From an uncultured Pseudomonadales bacterium (GTDB taxonomy: Bacteria > Patescibacteriota > Microgenomatia > UBA1400 > PJMF01): a stretch of 64,000 bases of DNA. The DNA lies in the NCBI GenBank assembly GCA_964457085.1, contig CAYWDM010000003.1, positions 64,218 through 128,217 of the forward strand, given 5' to 3'. Made by a program: the position numbers and the translations under genes. The stretch's first letter is position 1; every line of letters starts with the position of its first letter. The notes beneath the pieces were generated by a model. The model saw nothing but the letters and a program-made list of their open reading frames with translations, ran no database searches and was not told where the DNA came from. Shown piece after piece: positions 18,716-28,295 of this stretch.

Positions 18716-19750
18716 TTATGAAAGGGTGAAGGCGGTTTTTAATTGTGCCCAGGAGGCTGGCGTTTTGCCCTCAAGTTGCAATTGTGGCAGTGTCACTTGG
18801 CTATTTTCCAGACGCAGTTCTAAAATGATCAACCGTTGCTCACCTTTTGGAGTGGGTGCCAAGGTCCAGAGTTTTGGCCAAGGCGAAAAAGCTCGACAGG
18901 CTCGTTCTAACTGTATTGGCCAGTCCGTTGGTGATTGTTGACTGAGTAGTTCTGCCAGTATCGGTGTTTGTGGCTCGGTTGCAGCAGCTTCATTTTGAGT
19001 TTGCTGCAAATATTTAGTAAGGTCAGTAGTGGCTTGTTCGATCCACTCAGCAGTTTTTGTTTGTGTAGCCCGCAGCACTGACCAAGGCACAAAACTATCT
19101 TTTTTATCTAGCCGTCGTGCCATTATGGTTGGTGAAATGGCTGGTTGTGGCGATGCTATTTGGGTATTTTGAGCAATTTTATATAAAGTCTCTGGAATCA
19201 GTGGGGCAATCAAAGTAAACGCCTCAAAGTAGTAGCTGGCACTATTCCAGTTTGGATCAACTGAAAATGTAGGCTGTAGCCAAACGTTGCCTTGATCCAT
19301 GGCAGCTGCCACGGTGATCAACGAAATTGCTGATTCTTTTGCACCGCTGAGTAACACAAATTGTCCGGGTGAGCTGCCTCGCCAAGCGGGTAAAGCCGAG
19401 GGGTGAATATTGAGTGGTTGGATGCGAGCTTGCTGTAGTAACCACTTGGGCACATAGTAGCCAAAATCGACCACTAATAGAAAATCTGCACTCTGTATTT
19501 CGCTTCCGAGCTGACTGGTAACAGCACTGCGACAGTTTTGATCTAGTTTTTTCTCAACTAGCACGGTGGGGATTTTGTTTTCTTCCGCGAAAAGCTGTAG
19601 TGGATTTTTAGTAATTTCTTGTTTGCGACCAATAGGTTTTGGTGCCGGGGTGACGATGAGCTTGATTTCAAAGCGCTGGTCAGCGAGTACCGATTTGGCG
19701 ATGAGGCAGGTGTGGGTTGTAGAACCAGCAATGATGAGTGAATATGCCAT
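18716..19750 (-). CDS. fmt: methionyl-tRNA formyltransferase
   Basis: N-terminal formyltransferase fold, IHPSALPAWRG (HxSLLPxxRG) motif; downstream of def in same operon. Confidence 0.85.
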   Translation of the reverse strand: MAYSLIIAGSTTHTCLIAKSVLADQRFEIKLIVTPAPKPIGRKQEITKNPLQLFAEENKIPTVLVEKKLDQNCRSAVTSQLGSEIQSADFLLVVDFGYYVPKWLLQQARIQPLNIHPSALPAWRGSSPGQFVLLSGAKESAISLITVAAAMDQGNVWLQPTFSVDPNWNSASYYFEAFTLIAPLIPETLYKIAQNTQIASPQPAISPTIMARRLDKKDSFVPWSVLRATQTKTAEWIEQATTDLTKYLQQTQNEAAATEPQTPILAELLSQQSPTDWPIQLERACRAFSPWPKLWTLAPTPKGEQRLIILELRLENSQVTLPQLQLEGKTPASWAQLKTAFTLS

Positions 19751-19779
19751 AAAAAATGTCTACCAACTGTCAGCCTGCG

Positions 19780-20355
19780 TTAATATAACTCAATGAATGA
19801 ACGATCCTCGATCTCCACCAACTCTTTATCACTATCCTTATATATCGGTAGGCCGGTGCGCAGCGAGTGATCGGTGAATAAAATGCCATCGAGATGATCA
19901 TACTCATGTTGAATTACTCGAGCATGGAAACCATCAAAAATATCTTGATGACTTACTAAATGGTCTTTTTCGAGAGTTTGATATTCCACGGTGATCCATT
20001 TCCATCGTGGTACTGGACCATAGAGTCCGGGCATAGAAAGACAACCCTCAAGTGTTTGCTCTCTGGAGTTGGGGCCCAGAATTTCTTCGGGGCTGTGTTT
20101 CATGATGATCGGGTTGATGAAAACGGTAGCTGGAATTTTCTGGTTTCGTTCATCGCCATCTGGACCGACTTTGGTGACGAACATTCTTAGTAAGACGTTA
20201 ACTTGAGCAGCAGCCAATCCAACACCACTGGGATTTCGCTTAGCAGTCAGCGTTTCAGATAGGTCTTTGACTAAGTGAATCAACTTCACATCCACTTTCT
20301 CAACTGGTTTGGAGATTTGGCGGAGTGACTGGTGGGGGACGGTAATAATCTGCAT
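19780..20355 (-). CDS. def: peptide deformylase
   Basis: GVGLAAAQV, EGCLSMPG, HEYDHLDG motifs 1-3. Confidence 0.9.
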   Translation of the reverse strand: MQIITVPHQSLRQISKPVEKVDVKLIHLVKDLSETLTAKRNPSGVGLAAAQVNVLLRMFVTKVGPDGDERNQKIPATVFINPIIMKHSPEEILGPNSREQTLEGCLSMPGLYGPVPRWKWITVEYQTLEKDHLVSHQDIFDGFHARVIQHEYDHLDGILFTDHSLRTGLPIYKDSDKELVEIEDRSFIELY

Positions 20356-20394
20356 CTAAGACTGTATTATACAAAACTCTTTGGCCGAGGTCGG

Positions 20395-21057
20395 CTACCA
20401 GTTACTCTCAAGGATTTCTTGGTCGCTCCACGCCTGCAGAGCTTGGTCTGTGAGCTCGTCAAGCGAGACTGAGAGCTGCTTGGAGATTTGTTGTTCCATA
20501 GTCAAATACAGTTGCAATCTAGATGCCACCCACTCGGGGTCACCCCATTCTACCTCGCGGTTTTGATATCGCTCTGCCAGGTCAGCAAATCTTTGCTGGA
20601 GACTCAAAACACCATAGGGTCCGACCCGGAAATCACTATAGGCAAAGAGTTTTTGAACCCAATCATTTTCTCTGACTGCATCTTCAAGACCTTGGCTAGT
20701 GTGTTTGGCGATTTCTGTGGCAACAACATCACCACCATCTAGATTACAAGTTTTGAGCAGTGAGATGGTAACTTGATCAGTATCACGACCATATTTGACT
20801 ATTAATTCTGCTTGAACCTTCCGCCAGTGTGTTATCTCAGCATCAGTGAGTAGTTTAATTTTGGCGGATGGAGTCAGGTCGAATTTGACCAGATTTCCCA
20901 AGTCATGAACCAGGATAGTACGTCGTAATAATTGTGTATCAAACTCAGGTCCACTCCAGTTTTTAACTAACCAATTGCCGACTTTCGCCACTCGCAGCAT
21001 GTGCGTCTGCAGTAGTTGGGGTAAGGGTAATTGGCTATAGAGCTCGGCAATGGTCAT
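20395..21057 (-). CDS. HD-domain protein
   Basis: H..R......ILVHDLGN HD motif. Confidence 0.5.
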   Translation of the reverse strand: MTIAELYSQLPLPQLLQTHMLRVAKVGNWLVKNWSGPEFDTQLLRRTILVHDLGNLVKFDLTPSAKIKLLTDAEITHWRKVQAELIVKYGRDTDQVTISLLKTCNLDGGDVVATEIAKHTSQGLEDAVRENDWVQKLFAYSDFRVGPYGVLSLQQRFADLAERYQNREVEWGDPEWVASRLQLYLTMEQQISKQLSVSLDELTDQALQAWSDQEILESNW

Positions 21058-21061
21058 CTTC

Positions 21062-23197
21062 TTAGTGTTTCAACTGGGCACTCGCACTTGCGACAGCTGC
21101 GAGTCTGGCTAATACCTCAGGGTTATTTGGGCTGAGGTTGGTCAAAATGTAATTGTATTCAAATGTAGCTTTATCGAATTGTTGCAGTGCTTCCCATTGT
21201 TTGCCGAGTTCATATCTCGCAGTCAAGTAATCTGGTTTGAGTTCAACTGCTTTTTGCAGAGTGACCATGCCTTCTGCACTTTTATCGGATGCAAGTTGAA
21301 CCAGTGCTAGGTTGTAATAGAGTTTGGCATCGGTAGGTGACAACTCAATAGCTTTTTTAAGAGCTTCGATTGCCTTAGGCAAGTAAGTGGGATGAATTTG
21401 TGAGAGGTTGATAAAGACCCGTGCCCTAGTTTTATAGAAATTGAGGTGTCGAGGGTTCAGTTGCAGGGCATAATCACTAGCCTTAATTGCGGTCTCAGCT
21501 AATTGAGCAGCAGCGGTAGTTTCGTTTGTTTGATCGAGATCTGCCGCAAGTTTGCCGTAATCCATAGCCAATTCGTCATAGTACAAGGCTTCTCCTGGAG
21601 CAGCTGCAATTGCCTCACTAAAATGGTCGAGTGCAAGTGAGTATTCACCAGCTTGATACAGCGATTTAGCACGAACGAATAGGCGATCTGCCCACCACTG
21701 TTGATAAATCTGGAACAGCAACACACACACCACCACAGAAATAGCTGCGAATGCAAACCAATGACCAAGGTCGAGAATAGGTTTTGGCAGTGCAGCGTCC
21801 TTTGTTGGTTCATGGGGTATGTTTGGTCTGGCCATAATACTAATGACAGCCATAAACCAAAAAAGCAGCACATTCACCATCACTGTTGAGAATCCAAAAA
21901 AGTTTGAAACTGATAGTGCTACTACGCCAGAAAGTAGTGCCAATGCCAACTGTTTTTCTTCAGTTGGTTGAGTTTTAAACCCGACTATTAACAGGCAAAG
22001 CACTCCAAACCAGCAGAGCAACAGCACATAACTCAAAGTGCCAACTGTTCCTGTAGTTGCCAAGTAATTGAGAAATTCATTGTGTGCTTTGTTGTAGAGG
22101 TAATCCCATTCCGAGACAGAGTTGTGTTCTACTGGCCTATCTTGGTAGTAGCTATACGCAAATGTTTCAACTCCTGATCCAAAGATGGGATATCGTTTCC
22201 AGACTTGTAGTGCACCTTTCCAGACAATTTGTCGAATCACACCGGAATCAGTGCCGCCATTGTCCAAGACTGTGCCAGCAGGTGCAGCTGGAGTCACTGC
22301 AGCGGTTTTTCGCTGCAGCAAATTAAAGAGTGATGGTGAAAAAGGTGAACCAACAATTAGTGTCAGCACTAAAATTGCTATGCCTCCTAATATGGTGTTT
22401 TTCAGGGCATCCCGGTGGAAGAAGAGCTGTACAGCTCCCATCAGTCCCAGAGCCACGCCTAAGCCTAAAAATCCAGATCTAGATCTGGTAAATAGTAACG
22501 CTACAGTCATCAGTACTGCCAGAATTCGTGGCCACCAAACGTTCATTTTTGACGAAAATTGAACCAATGTCAGCGGTAGTAACGTAATCAGGTATGCTGC
22601 CAACCAGTTTGGTTGGCCAAAGCTGGCAAAAACGCGATTTTGGACATCTTGCACCCAACAATCGACATTGAATTTACCAGTTATCAACAAACAACTTGGC
22701 GAACGACCAAAGTGCTCTGGAATTGCATACAGCACTGTCAGGAAAGCTCCAAGCAACGTGGTTTTTAAAAAGCTGACCAGATGTTTCTTTTCAAAATTAC
22801 TGACGAATGCGTAATACAGCAATATGTATGCGATTGTCGATAACAGTCCGCCATTAAACCGAGTGTAATACCCAAAAATCGAGGTGCGAGGGTGAATTGA
22901 GAAAATAGTTGACAAGATTTGTGAGAATAAAAATAACAAAATGGGTACATCTAAGGCAGTTTTTGCTACCAAAATTTTCTTTTCAGTGATCATTTTCCAG
23001 GCCCAAAATGCAGCAATAAGGGTGGCAAAAACATAGACCACCAACATTTTAGGAAATTCAAACAACTCCTCATTTACCCAAGTAAAAACAAACGGCGTGC
23101 CAAGAAGTAATAGGTGATAGAGAAAGGATATCCAAGTGAGCGGGTCGCTGAAGCGTTTCATCAACTGCATGTGCTGACAGTATACCGACAACAGCAC
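21062..23197 (-). CDS. O-antigen ligase (Wzy_C)-like polytopic membrane protein fused to C-terminal TPR repeats
   Basis: ~12 TM segments in N-terminal 500 aa; C-terminal 200 aa with AxxYYxLA/xxxG TPR-like repeats. Confidence 0.55.
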   Translation of the reverse strand: MLLSVYCQHMQLMKRFSDPLTWISFLYHLLLLGTPFVFTWVNEELFEFPKMLVVYVFATLIAAFWAWKMITEKKILVAKTALDVPILLFLFSQILSTIFSIHPRTSIFGYYTRFNGGLLSTIAYILLYYAFVSNFEKKHLVSFLKTTLLGAFLTVLYAIPEHFGRSPSCLLITGKFNVDCWVQDVQNRVFASFGQPNWLAAYLITLLPLTLVQFSSKMNVWWPRILAVLMTVALLFTRSRSGFLGLGVALGLMGAVQLFFHRDALKNTILGGIAILVLTLIVGSPFSPSLFNLLQRKTAAVTPAAPAGTVLDNGGTDSGVIRQIVWKGALQVWKRYPIFGSGVETFAYSYYQDRPVEHNSVSEWDYLYNKAHNEFLNYLATTGTVGTLSYVLLLCWFGVLCLLIVGFKTQPTEEKQLALALLSGVVALSVSNFFGFSTVMVNVLLFWFMAVISIMARPNIPHEPTKDAALPKPILDLGHWFAFAAISVVVCVLLFQIYQQWWADRLFVRAKSLYQAGEYSLALDHFSEAIAAAPGEALYYDELAMDYGKLAADLDQTNETTAAAQLAETAIKASDYALQLNPRHLNFYKTRARVFINLSQIHPTYLPKAIEALKKAIELSPTDAKLYYNLALVQLASDKSAEGMVTLQKAVELKPDYLTARYELGKQWEALQQFDKATFEYNYILTNLSPNNPEVLARLAAVASASAQLKH

Positions 23198-23261
23198 TTT
23201 TTTTCATGGTCAGCTATGTGATAAGCTTATCTACATATAGTATCTCTAACCAAACCTGCCT

Positions 23262-24320
23262 ATGAACGACTCATTCTCAAATCAGAATTCTGTTGCTTTC
23301 TATCAAGCGCCTGCCGCACCAGCAACTCCAGTAGATCCAATGATGCCTGCGACCAATCCAACTGATCCAGGTATGGGTGGTCAAAACAACGACCAGGTTC
23401 AAGATATGAACCAGTCAACTCAATCCCAGTCGCCGGTTCAGGATCAGGAGCCAATCGTGCCTGAGCATAGTGATGCAGTAGTTGATCAGGATGTGATGGC
23501 ATACAATCCACCAGTTGCAGCTGTGTCTGGAAGTGAAGACGATACGTCCGCAATTCCAGATCCATCACCAACACCATCTCCATCTTCAGCACCACAAATT
23601 GATCAAGTGCAGTCACAGCCACAACAGCCAGTGGCAGAAACAAATGCACAGCTTGGTTCAACAAAACCAACCCCAGAAGAGATTGTTAAGAGATTGGCAG
23701 ATCGAATCAAGGCATATGAGGCTCGAGCGAATGAGCAAAAAACCGATGCAGCAGAGCAGCATCTGGGTGAGGTAGATAGTGTTGCAGCCGCTGCACCGCT
23801 CGCCGCACCATCAGTGATGCCAACAGATGACTCAAAACCAGTTGTCAGTGACGCTCCACTCAATGAAGTGGAAACGGAATCCAAGGAGGAATCACTTGAG
23901 GCACAAAACATTTTTGAATTGCTTGGAGTCATGGACGGTACCGACGCTGAAAAAGACGCTTTTCTCGATCAGCTACAGCAAGTTATTTGGGAGGATTTCC
24001 TTGAGTCAGACGTGCAGCTATTGCTCACCAAATCTGAGTCAGAGGAACTGCAGACAATTCTTTCACAAGAAGGTAAGAGTGATGCAGATCGTCAAGAACT
24101 AGCGGTCACATTCTTAGAGAAGTTAGTGCCTGATTTAGAGAACATTATGCTGGAGAAAGCACTTGATCTTAAAAAAGAAATGGTGTTTGAACGTATTGCA
24201 GGACTACGAGATTTATATAGTGGCCGACCAGAAGTCTTGGTCAAGCTTAACGAAATTGAGATTACCTTTAAGCAGGATAAATGGCACACAGGTGCTGTAC
24301 TGCTCAACGCACTCAAGTAA
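23262..24320 (+). CDS. hypothetical protein with acidic/Pro-Gln-rich low-complexity N-terminal half
   Basis: 352 aa; first ~190 aa compositionally biased (P,Q,D,S), structured C-terminal ~150 aa. Confidence 0.45.
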   Translation: MNDSFSNQNSVAFYQAPAAPATPVDPMMPATNPTDPGMGGQNNDQVQDMNQSTQSQSPVQDQEPIVPEHSDAVVDQDVMAYNPPVAAVSGSEDDTSAIPDPSPTPSPSSAPQIDQVQSQPQQPVAETNAQLGSTKPTPEEIVKRLADRIKAYEARANEQKTDAAEQHLGEVDSVAAAAPLAAPSVMPTDDSKPVVSDAPLNEVETESKEESLEAQNIFELLGVMDGTDAEKDAFLDQLQQVIWEDFLESDVQLLLTKSESEELQTILSQEGKSDADRQELAVTFLEKLVPDLENIMLEKALDLKKEMVFERIAGLRDLYSGRPEVLVKLNEIEITFKQDKWHTGAVLLNALK

Positions 24321-24416
24321 ACTGCAATCATTCTCGATAATCAGCGGCACTCTTTACACGGTGGGTGATACTCAGCTGGAGTTTCAGATGATTTTTTGTT
24401 AGGCTCAAGGTGGTTT

Positions 24417-25184
24417 ATGCAGAGTCAACAACATAGTCATTTATTGTGGGGGGTGATTCCAAGAAAAATGGTCGTTGTTTCACTAGACCACCGAGAGACC
24501 ACTGTTATCTGCAACAATCTTGAGCCAATCAAGATTAAAAACAGCCAAAAATATAGTGATCATTTTTTATTGGATATTAATGCCACTACTCTTTGGGCAA
24601 AAGTTTCACAGTTACTCAAGAGACAAGAGAATGCTGCAGGGATTTGGGAAACAATTTTTGGATATCAGATTGTTGTCTTGTTACGAAATAGTGCGACTAA
24701 ACTTGAAGAAAAAACAGTGCGTGAGAGTTTTGAACAGATTACTTTTAGTCCAAAAACGATTGCTTTTTCAAGGTTACAGGAGAATTTACTAGGGAAATTA
24801 GTTCCAACTGCTCAAAGTGTTTGTGCAGTACATTTTAGAGAGGAACAGGCCGAAGTTTTGCTGCGTTCTCAAGGTCAGACGATTGCCGAGACCCTTTGGT
24901 TTGATAGCTCGTTGTGTAGTCATGAATCAGAATCTTCAAGAGAGCGAATACTACAAAAGTGGTGGTGGCAATTGAAGCACTGGATATCTGTACATAGTCG
25001 GGCAACTGTAAGTGACGGCGAAGTTTCTCATATCTTATTGACTGGACTAAGTCCAGATCAGAAGTATTTGGTTAATAGTTTAAAAACTGCTTTTGGCACT
25101 ACTCAAATTCTGACACCTGAAGAATACACGCAGACAATAGCACACTGTGTATTCGAGATAGTTGCAGGTGGTGAGGGCATATGA
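24417..25184 (+). CDS. hypothetical protein upstream of mreC
   Basis: ATG 24417 preceded by AGGTGG RBS; 255 aa; VVVSLDHRETTVIC resembles N-terminal strand of actin-like ATPases (PilM/FtsA) but too short to call. Confidence 0.4.
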   Translation: MQSQQHSHLLWGVIPRKMVVVSLDHRETTVICNNLEPIKIKNSQKYSDHFLLDINATTLWAKVSQLLKRQENAAGIWETIFGYQIVVLLRNSATKLEEKTVRESFEQITFSPKTIAFSRLQENLLGKLVPTAQSVCAVHFREEQAEVLLRSQGQTIAETLWFDSSLCSHESESSRERILQKWWWQLKHWISVHSRATVSDGEVSHILLTGLSPDQKYLVNSLKTAFGTTQILTPEEYTQTIAHCVFEIVAGGEGI

Positions 25185-25951
25185 CCACTCATTCTAATGC
25201 TGCTCATAGTGGCAAAATACTACTCGGCATATTAATAGTATGTTTATTCGGAGATTTTCTTGGAGTTTGGGATCAACCACAACGCTATTTGGAACCGCAT
25301 CTGCTTGCGGTTCAACAGCCAATCACGAAATTTTGGCAAAAAATTGCTTGGACAGCAAACAGGGTGAACACAATCTGGGAAGCAACAGCACAGCTGCGAG
25401 CAGTCTCGCAGCAGTATAGTCAGGCTGCAATGCAATTGCAGGAATTGGAGGGACTGCGAGTTGAGAACAGAGAGTTGCGACGAATTATTGAAAACACAGA
25501 TCGTACTCTAAAGAAGTCTTTTTTTACGGTGCCGGTGGTTTCATTTGCACAGCCGACTGTCATGATTGGCGATAGTGCCGGTATCCAAAGTGGAGCGGTG
25601 GTTATTAGTCATGGCACGCTGTTAGGCTTTTTGGGTGAGACGAGCCAATACAACTCTCGAGTTGACCTGCTATCGCAATCAAGATCAAAACCAATTGTGA
25701 TAAAAACTGAAAATGGAGTTCAGGGTTTACTCAGGGGGGATGGTAGATACATTTGGATGAGTGAAGTGCCTAGTGATGCTAAAGTAGCTAAAGGTGAAAA
25801 AATATTTACTGTTGGCCAGGATAAAGTACCTCGAGATTTATTAATTGGAGTAGTGGCCCAAGTATCAGCACTGCCCCAAGATGCAGTCCTAAAAATACAG
25901 ATCAAACAACTGGTATCATTTTTTACAACTGATGTTGTGGAGGTATATTAG
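25181..25951 (+). CDS. mreC: rod shape-determining protein MreC
   Basis: N-terminal TM, coiled-coil LQELEGLRVENRELRR, two beta-rich repeats with G..V....G..G; followed by MreD-like and PBP2. Confidence 0.65.
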   Translation: MTTHSNAAHSGKILLGILIVCLFGDFLGVWDQPQRYLEPHLLAVQQPITKFWQKIAWTANRVNTIWEATAQLRAVSQQYSQAAMQLQELEGLRVENRELRRIIENTDRTLKKSFFTVPVVSFAQPTVMIGDSAGIQSGAVVISHGTLLGFLGETSQYNSRVDLLSQSRSKPIVIKTENGVQGLLRGDGRYIWMSEVPSDAKVAKGEKIFTVGQDKVPRDLLIGVVAQVSALPQDAVLKIQIKQLVSFFTTDVVEVY

Positions 25952-26377
25952 ATGCTTTGGTGGCAAACACTACAACACATGGGTAAGATTCTGGTATTGG
26001 CGTTCTTGTTGCTCTCTGAAAGGGTTGTTGGAGCTCCATTTGCGAGTTGGATTTGGTTTTACCGATGGTATGGTAGCGATATCCTGTCAGAAAAATGGTA
26101 TTTAGCACTTTTTTGGGCTATTGTTTGTAGCGTGTCATATCGAATTCCACTCGGCTTGATGATGCTGGTGGTGTTGGCATGGGTCATCTTAATAAAATTT
26201 GGTGACCAGAAAAAATTTACCCTGAAGTGGTGGCTGCCATTAGTAACGGGGTTAGTTACTCTTCTGGCAATTTGGTATTTGCAGTTGTCTTGGACATTGG
26301 GCTTAATTTGGTTGTTCGGGAACACAGCAATTTGGATTTGGCTTCAGGAAAAGTCAAAAAAAACATATGGCTATTAG
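25952..26377 (+). CDS. mreD: MreD-like membrane protein
   Basis: 141 aa, 4-5 TM helices, positioned between mreC and PBP2; GGAGG RBS. Confidence 0.45.
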   Translation: MLWWQTLQHMGKILVLAFLLLSERVVGAPFASWIWFYRWYGSDILSEKWYLALFWAIVCSVSYRIPLGLMMLVVLAWVILIKFGDQKKFTLKWWLPLVTGLVTLLAIWYLQLSWTLGLIWLFGNTAIWIWLQEKSKKTYGY

Positions 26378-28253
26378 ACGGCCACTTTTCATCACTTTAG
26401 TTCAAATACTGTTCATCAGTTATGGCTGTTTAATAGCCATCAGGTTAATACATCTGCAGTTGGTCAACGGTAGTTTTTATCAAAAACTTTCGGAAAATAA
26501 TCGCATTTTTGTACAGGATATTCCAGCCGAAAGAGGTGTTTTGCTCAGTCGGTACAAGCAACCCTTAGTGCATAACAAGCGACTGTATTTGGCGGCAATA
26601 GATGACCAGCTTTTTTCGCAATTGCGGCCTGTTAGTCAGCCAGAGGCATTGGCAATCAGTGCTACTGCTTCTGGCAAGGTTCAATTTCAGCTGTTGCGAT
26701 CATATGTATTGCAGTCACTGTCTACAGTTCTGGGATATACCAGTTTGGTTTCTGCTGCTGATTTGGAAAAGCGAGATGATGTGCAAAATTTGCTGTTGGT
26801 TGATCAAGTGGGGAGAATGGGATTGGAGCAGTCAATGGAAAATGTATTGCGGGGCAAGCCTGGAACTATTGCCTATGAAATAAATGCTTTAGGTAAAAAA
26901 CAACAACAATCTAGTGAAGCCGTTCCCACTCCAGGCGGCCTAGTCCAAACCACGATTGATCCTTATATTACAGAGGTAGCCAATCGGGCTTTTGCTGACC
27001 AAACTGGGGCTGTTGTGATACTGGATGTCAAAACTGGCCAGGTTTTGACATTGCTGAGCAAACCCAGTTTCGACGCCAACCAACTACAACCACTCATTGC
27101 AGGTACAGATGCGGAGAAAGTTCGCCAACAGCAAGTGCAATCGTATTTAAGCGACGAGCAAAAAGTATTTTTCAACCGGGCAACAAGTGGCTTGTATCCA
27201 CCAGGTTCACTTTTCAAGTTGGTAACGGCCTTGGGCGGATTAGAGGCTGGAGTAATTGATGCCCAAACTGAGGTTGAAGATCGAGGGACGATAACTGTTG
27301 GTGAATACAGCTATGCAAACTGGTATTTTACGCAGTATGGTCGAGTTGAGGGCATAATTTCCCTAGAAAAAGCCTTGGCTCGAAGCAATGACATTTACTT
27401 TTACCGAGCTGCAGAGAAATTAGGTCCCGATGCATTGGCACAAGCCGCACGACTGCATGGGTTTGGCAAACAGACTGGAATCGAGCTAATGTCAGAGGCA
27501 GCTGGTTTAGTTCCTGACCCTGCATGGAAAGAAAAAATCGTAGGCGAACCTTGGTACTTAGGCAACACTTTTCATTATGGCATTGGTCAGGGTGATATTT
27601 TAGTAACTCCCATACAACTCGCTCAGTTACTACAAACAATCGGGCATAAACAACAGTTATGTCAGCCAAGTTTGATTACTGAAAAAAGTGGTGTGTGTCG
27701 TGATCTTGGTGTTTCTGAATCAGCAACCACACTGGTGCTGAAAGGTATGCTGGCAGCCTGTTCTCCAGGTGGGACTGCCTTTCCCTTTTTTAGTTATAAC
27801 CAACAACGTGTTCTTGGTGCTGATGTAAAGCAAAATCTTGATAACGGAGCGGTGGCTTGTAAAACCGGCACTGCTGAATTTGGTGCGGCTGACTCAAGAG
27901 GGTATCGTAAAACACATGCCTGGTTTGGGGCAATTATCGGTACCAAACAACTCTTAAAAAACGTACAGCAGAGTCAGACGCAAGATACATTTGCCACAGC
28001 TGCAAGTGATTCAGCCGAACTTAGTTTGATTACAACTGACGATCAACTACGTACATTATGGCTTGAGCAGGTGAAGATACATGGTTTTCCAGATCAATTA
28101 GTAATTGTGGTTTTGGTTGAGAGTTCAACAGCCCAACCATTTCAAGAGGGTTCTCGGGACGCAGCCCCTGTCGCCAAAAAAATTGTTGATTGGATGGTTG
28201 GAACTAACATAGTTTCGACAACTGCAACTAATTCGGCTGCTCCCAAACAATAA
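26367..28253 (+). CDS. mrdA: penicillin-binding protein 2 (class B transpeptidase)
   Basis: SLFK (SxxK), SND (SxN) and KTGTAE (KTG) transpeptidase motifs; N-terminal TM anchor. Confidence 0.85.
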   Translation: MAIRRPLFITLVQILFISYGCLIAIRLIHLQLVNGSFYQKLSENNRIFVQDIPAERGVLLSRYKQPLVHNKRLYLAAIDDQLFSQLRPVSQPEALAISATASGKVQFQLLRSYVLQSLSTVLGYTSLVSAADLEKRDDVQNLLLVDQVGRMGLEQSMENVLRGKPGTIAYEINALGKKQQQSSEAVPTPGGLVQTTIDPYITEVANRAFADQTGAVVILDVKTGQVLTLLSKPSFDANQLQPLIAGTDAEKVRQQQVQSYLSDEQKVFFNRATSGLYPPGSLFKLVTALGGLEAGVIDAQTEVEDRGTITVGEYSYANWYFTQYGRVEGIISLEKALARSNDIYFYRAAEKLGPDALAQAARLHGFGKQTGIELMSEAAGLVPDPAWKEKIVGEPWYLGNTFHYGIGQGDILVTPIQLAQLLQTIGHKQQLCQPSLITEKSGVCRDLGVSESATTLVLKGMLAACSPGGTAFPFFSYNQQRVLGADVKQNLDNGAVACKTGTAEFGAADSRGYRKTHAWFGAIIGTKQLLKNVQQSQTQDTFATAASDSAELSLITTDDQLRTLWLEQVKIHGFPDQLVIVVLVESSTAQPFQEGSRDAAPVAKKIVDWMVGTNIVSTTATNSAAPKQ

Positions 28254-28295
28254 AGTGTCAGCATTTTGTTGGTAGCACTGTTGATACTGAGTTCT

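Noticed and set aside
18693-18941. 82-aa plus-strand ORF overlapping the 3' end of fmt
   Set aside because: It is fully embedded antisense to fmt and begins inside the L28 terminator. No support.
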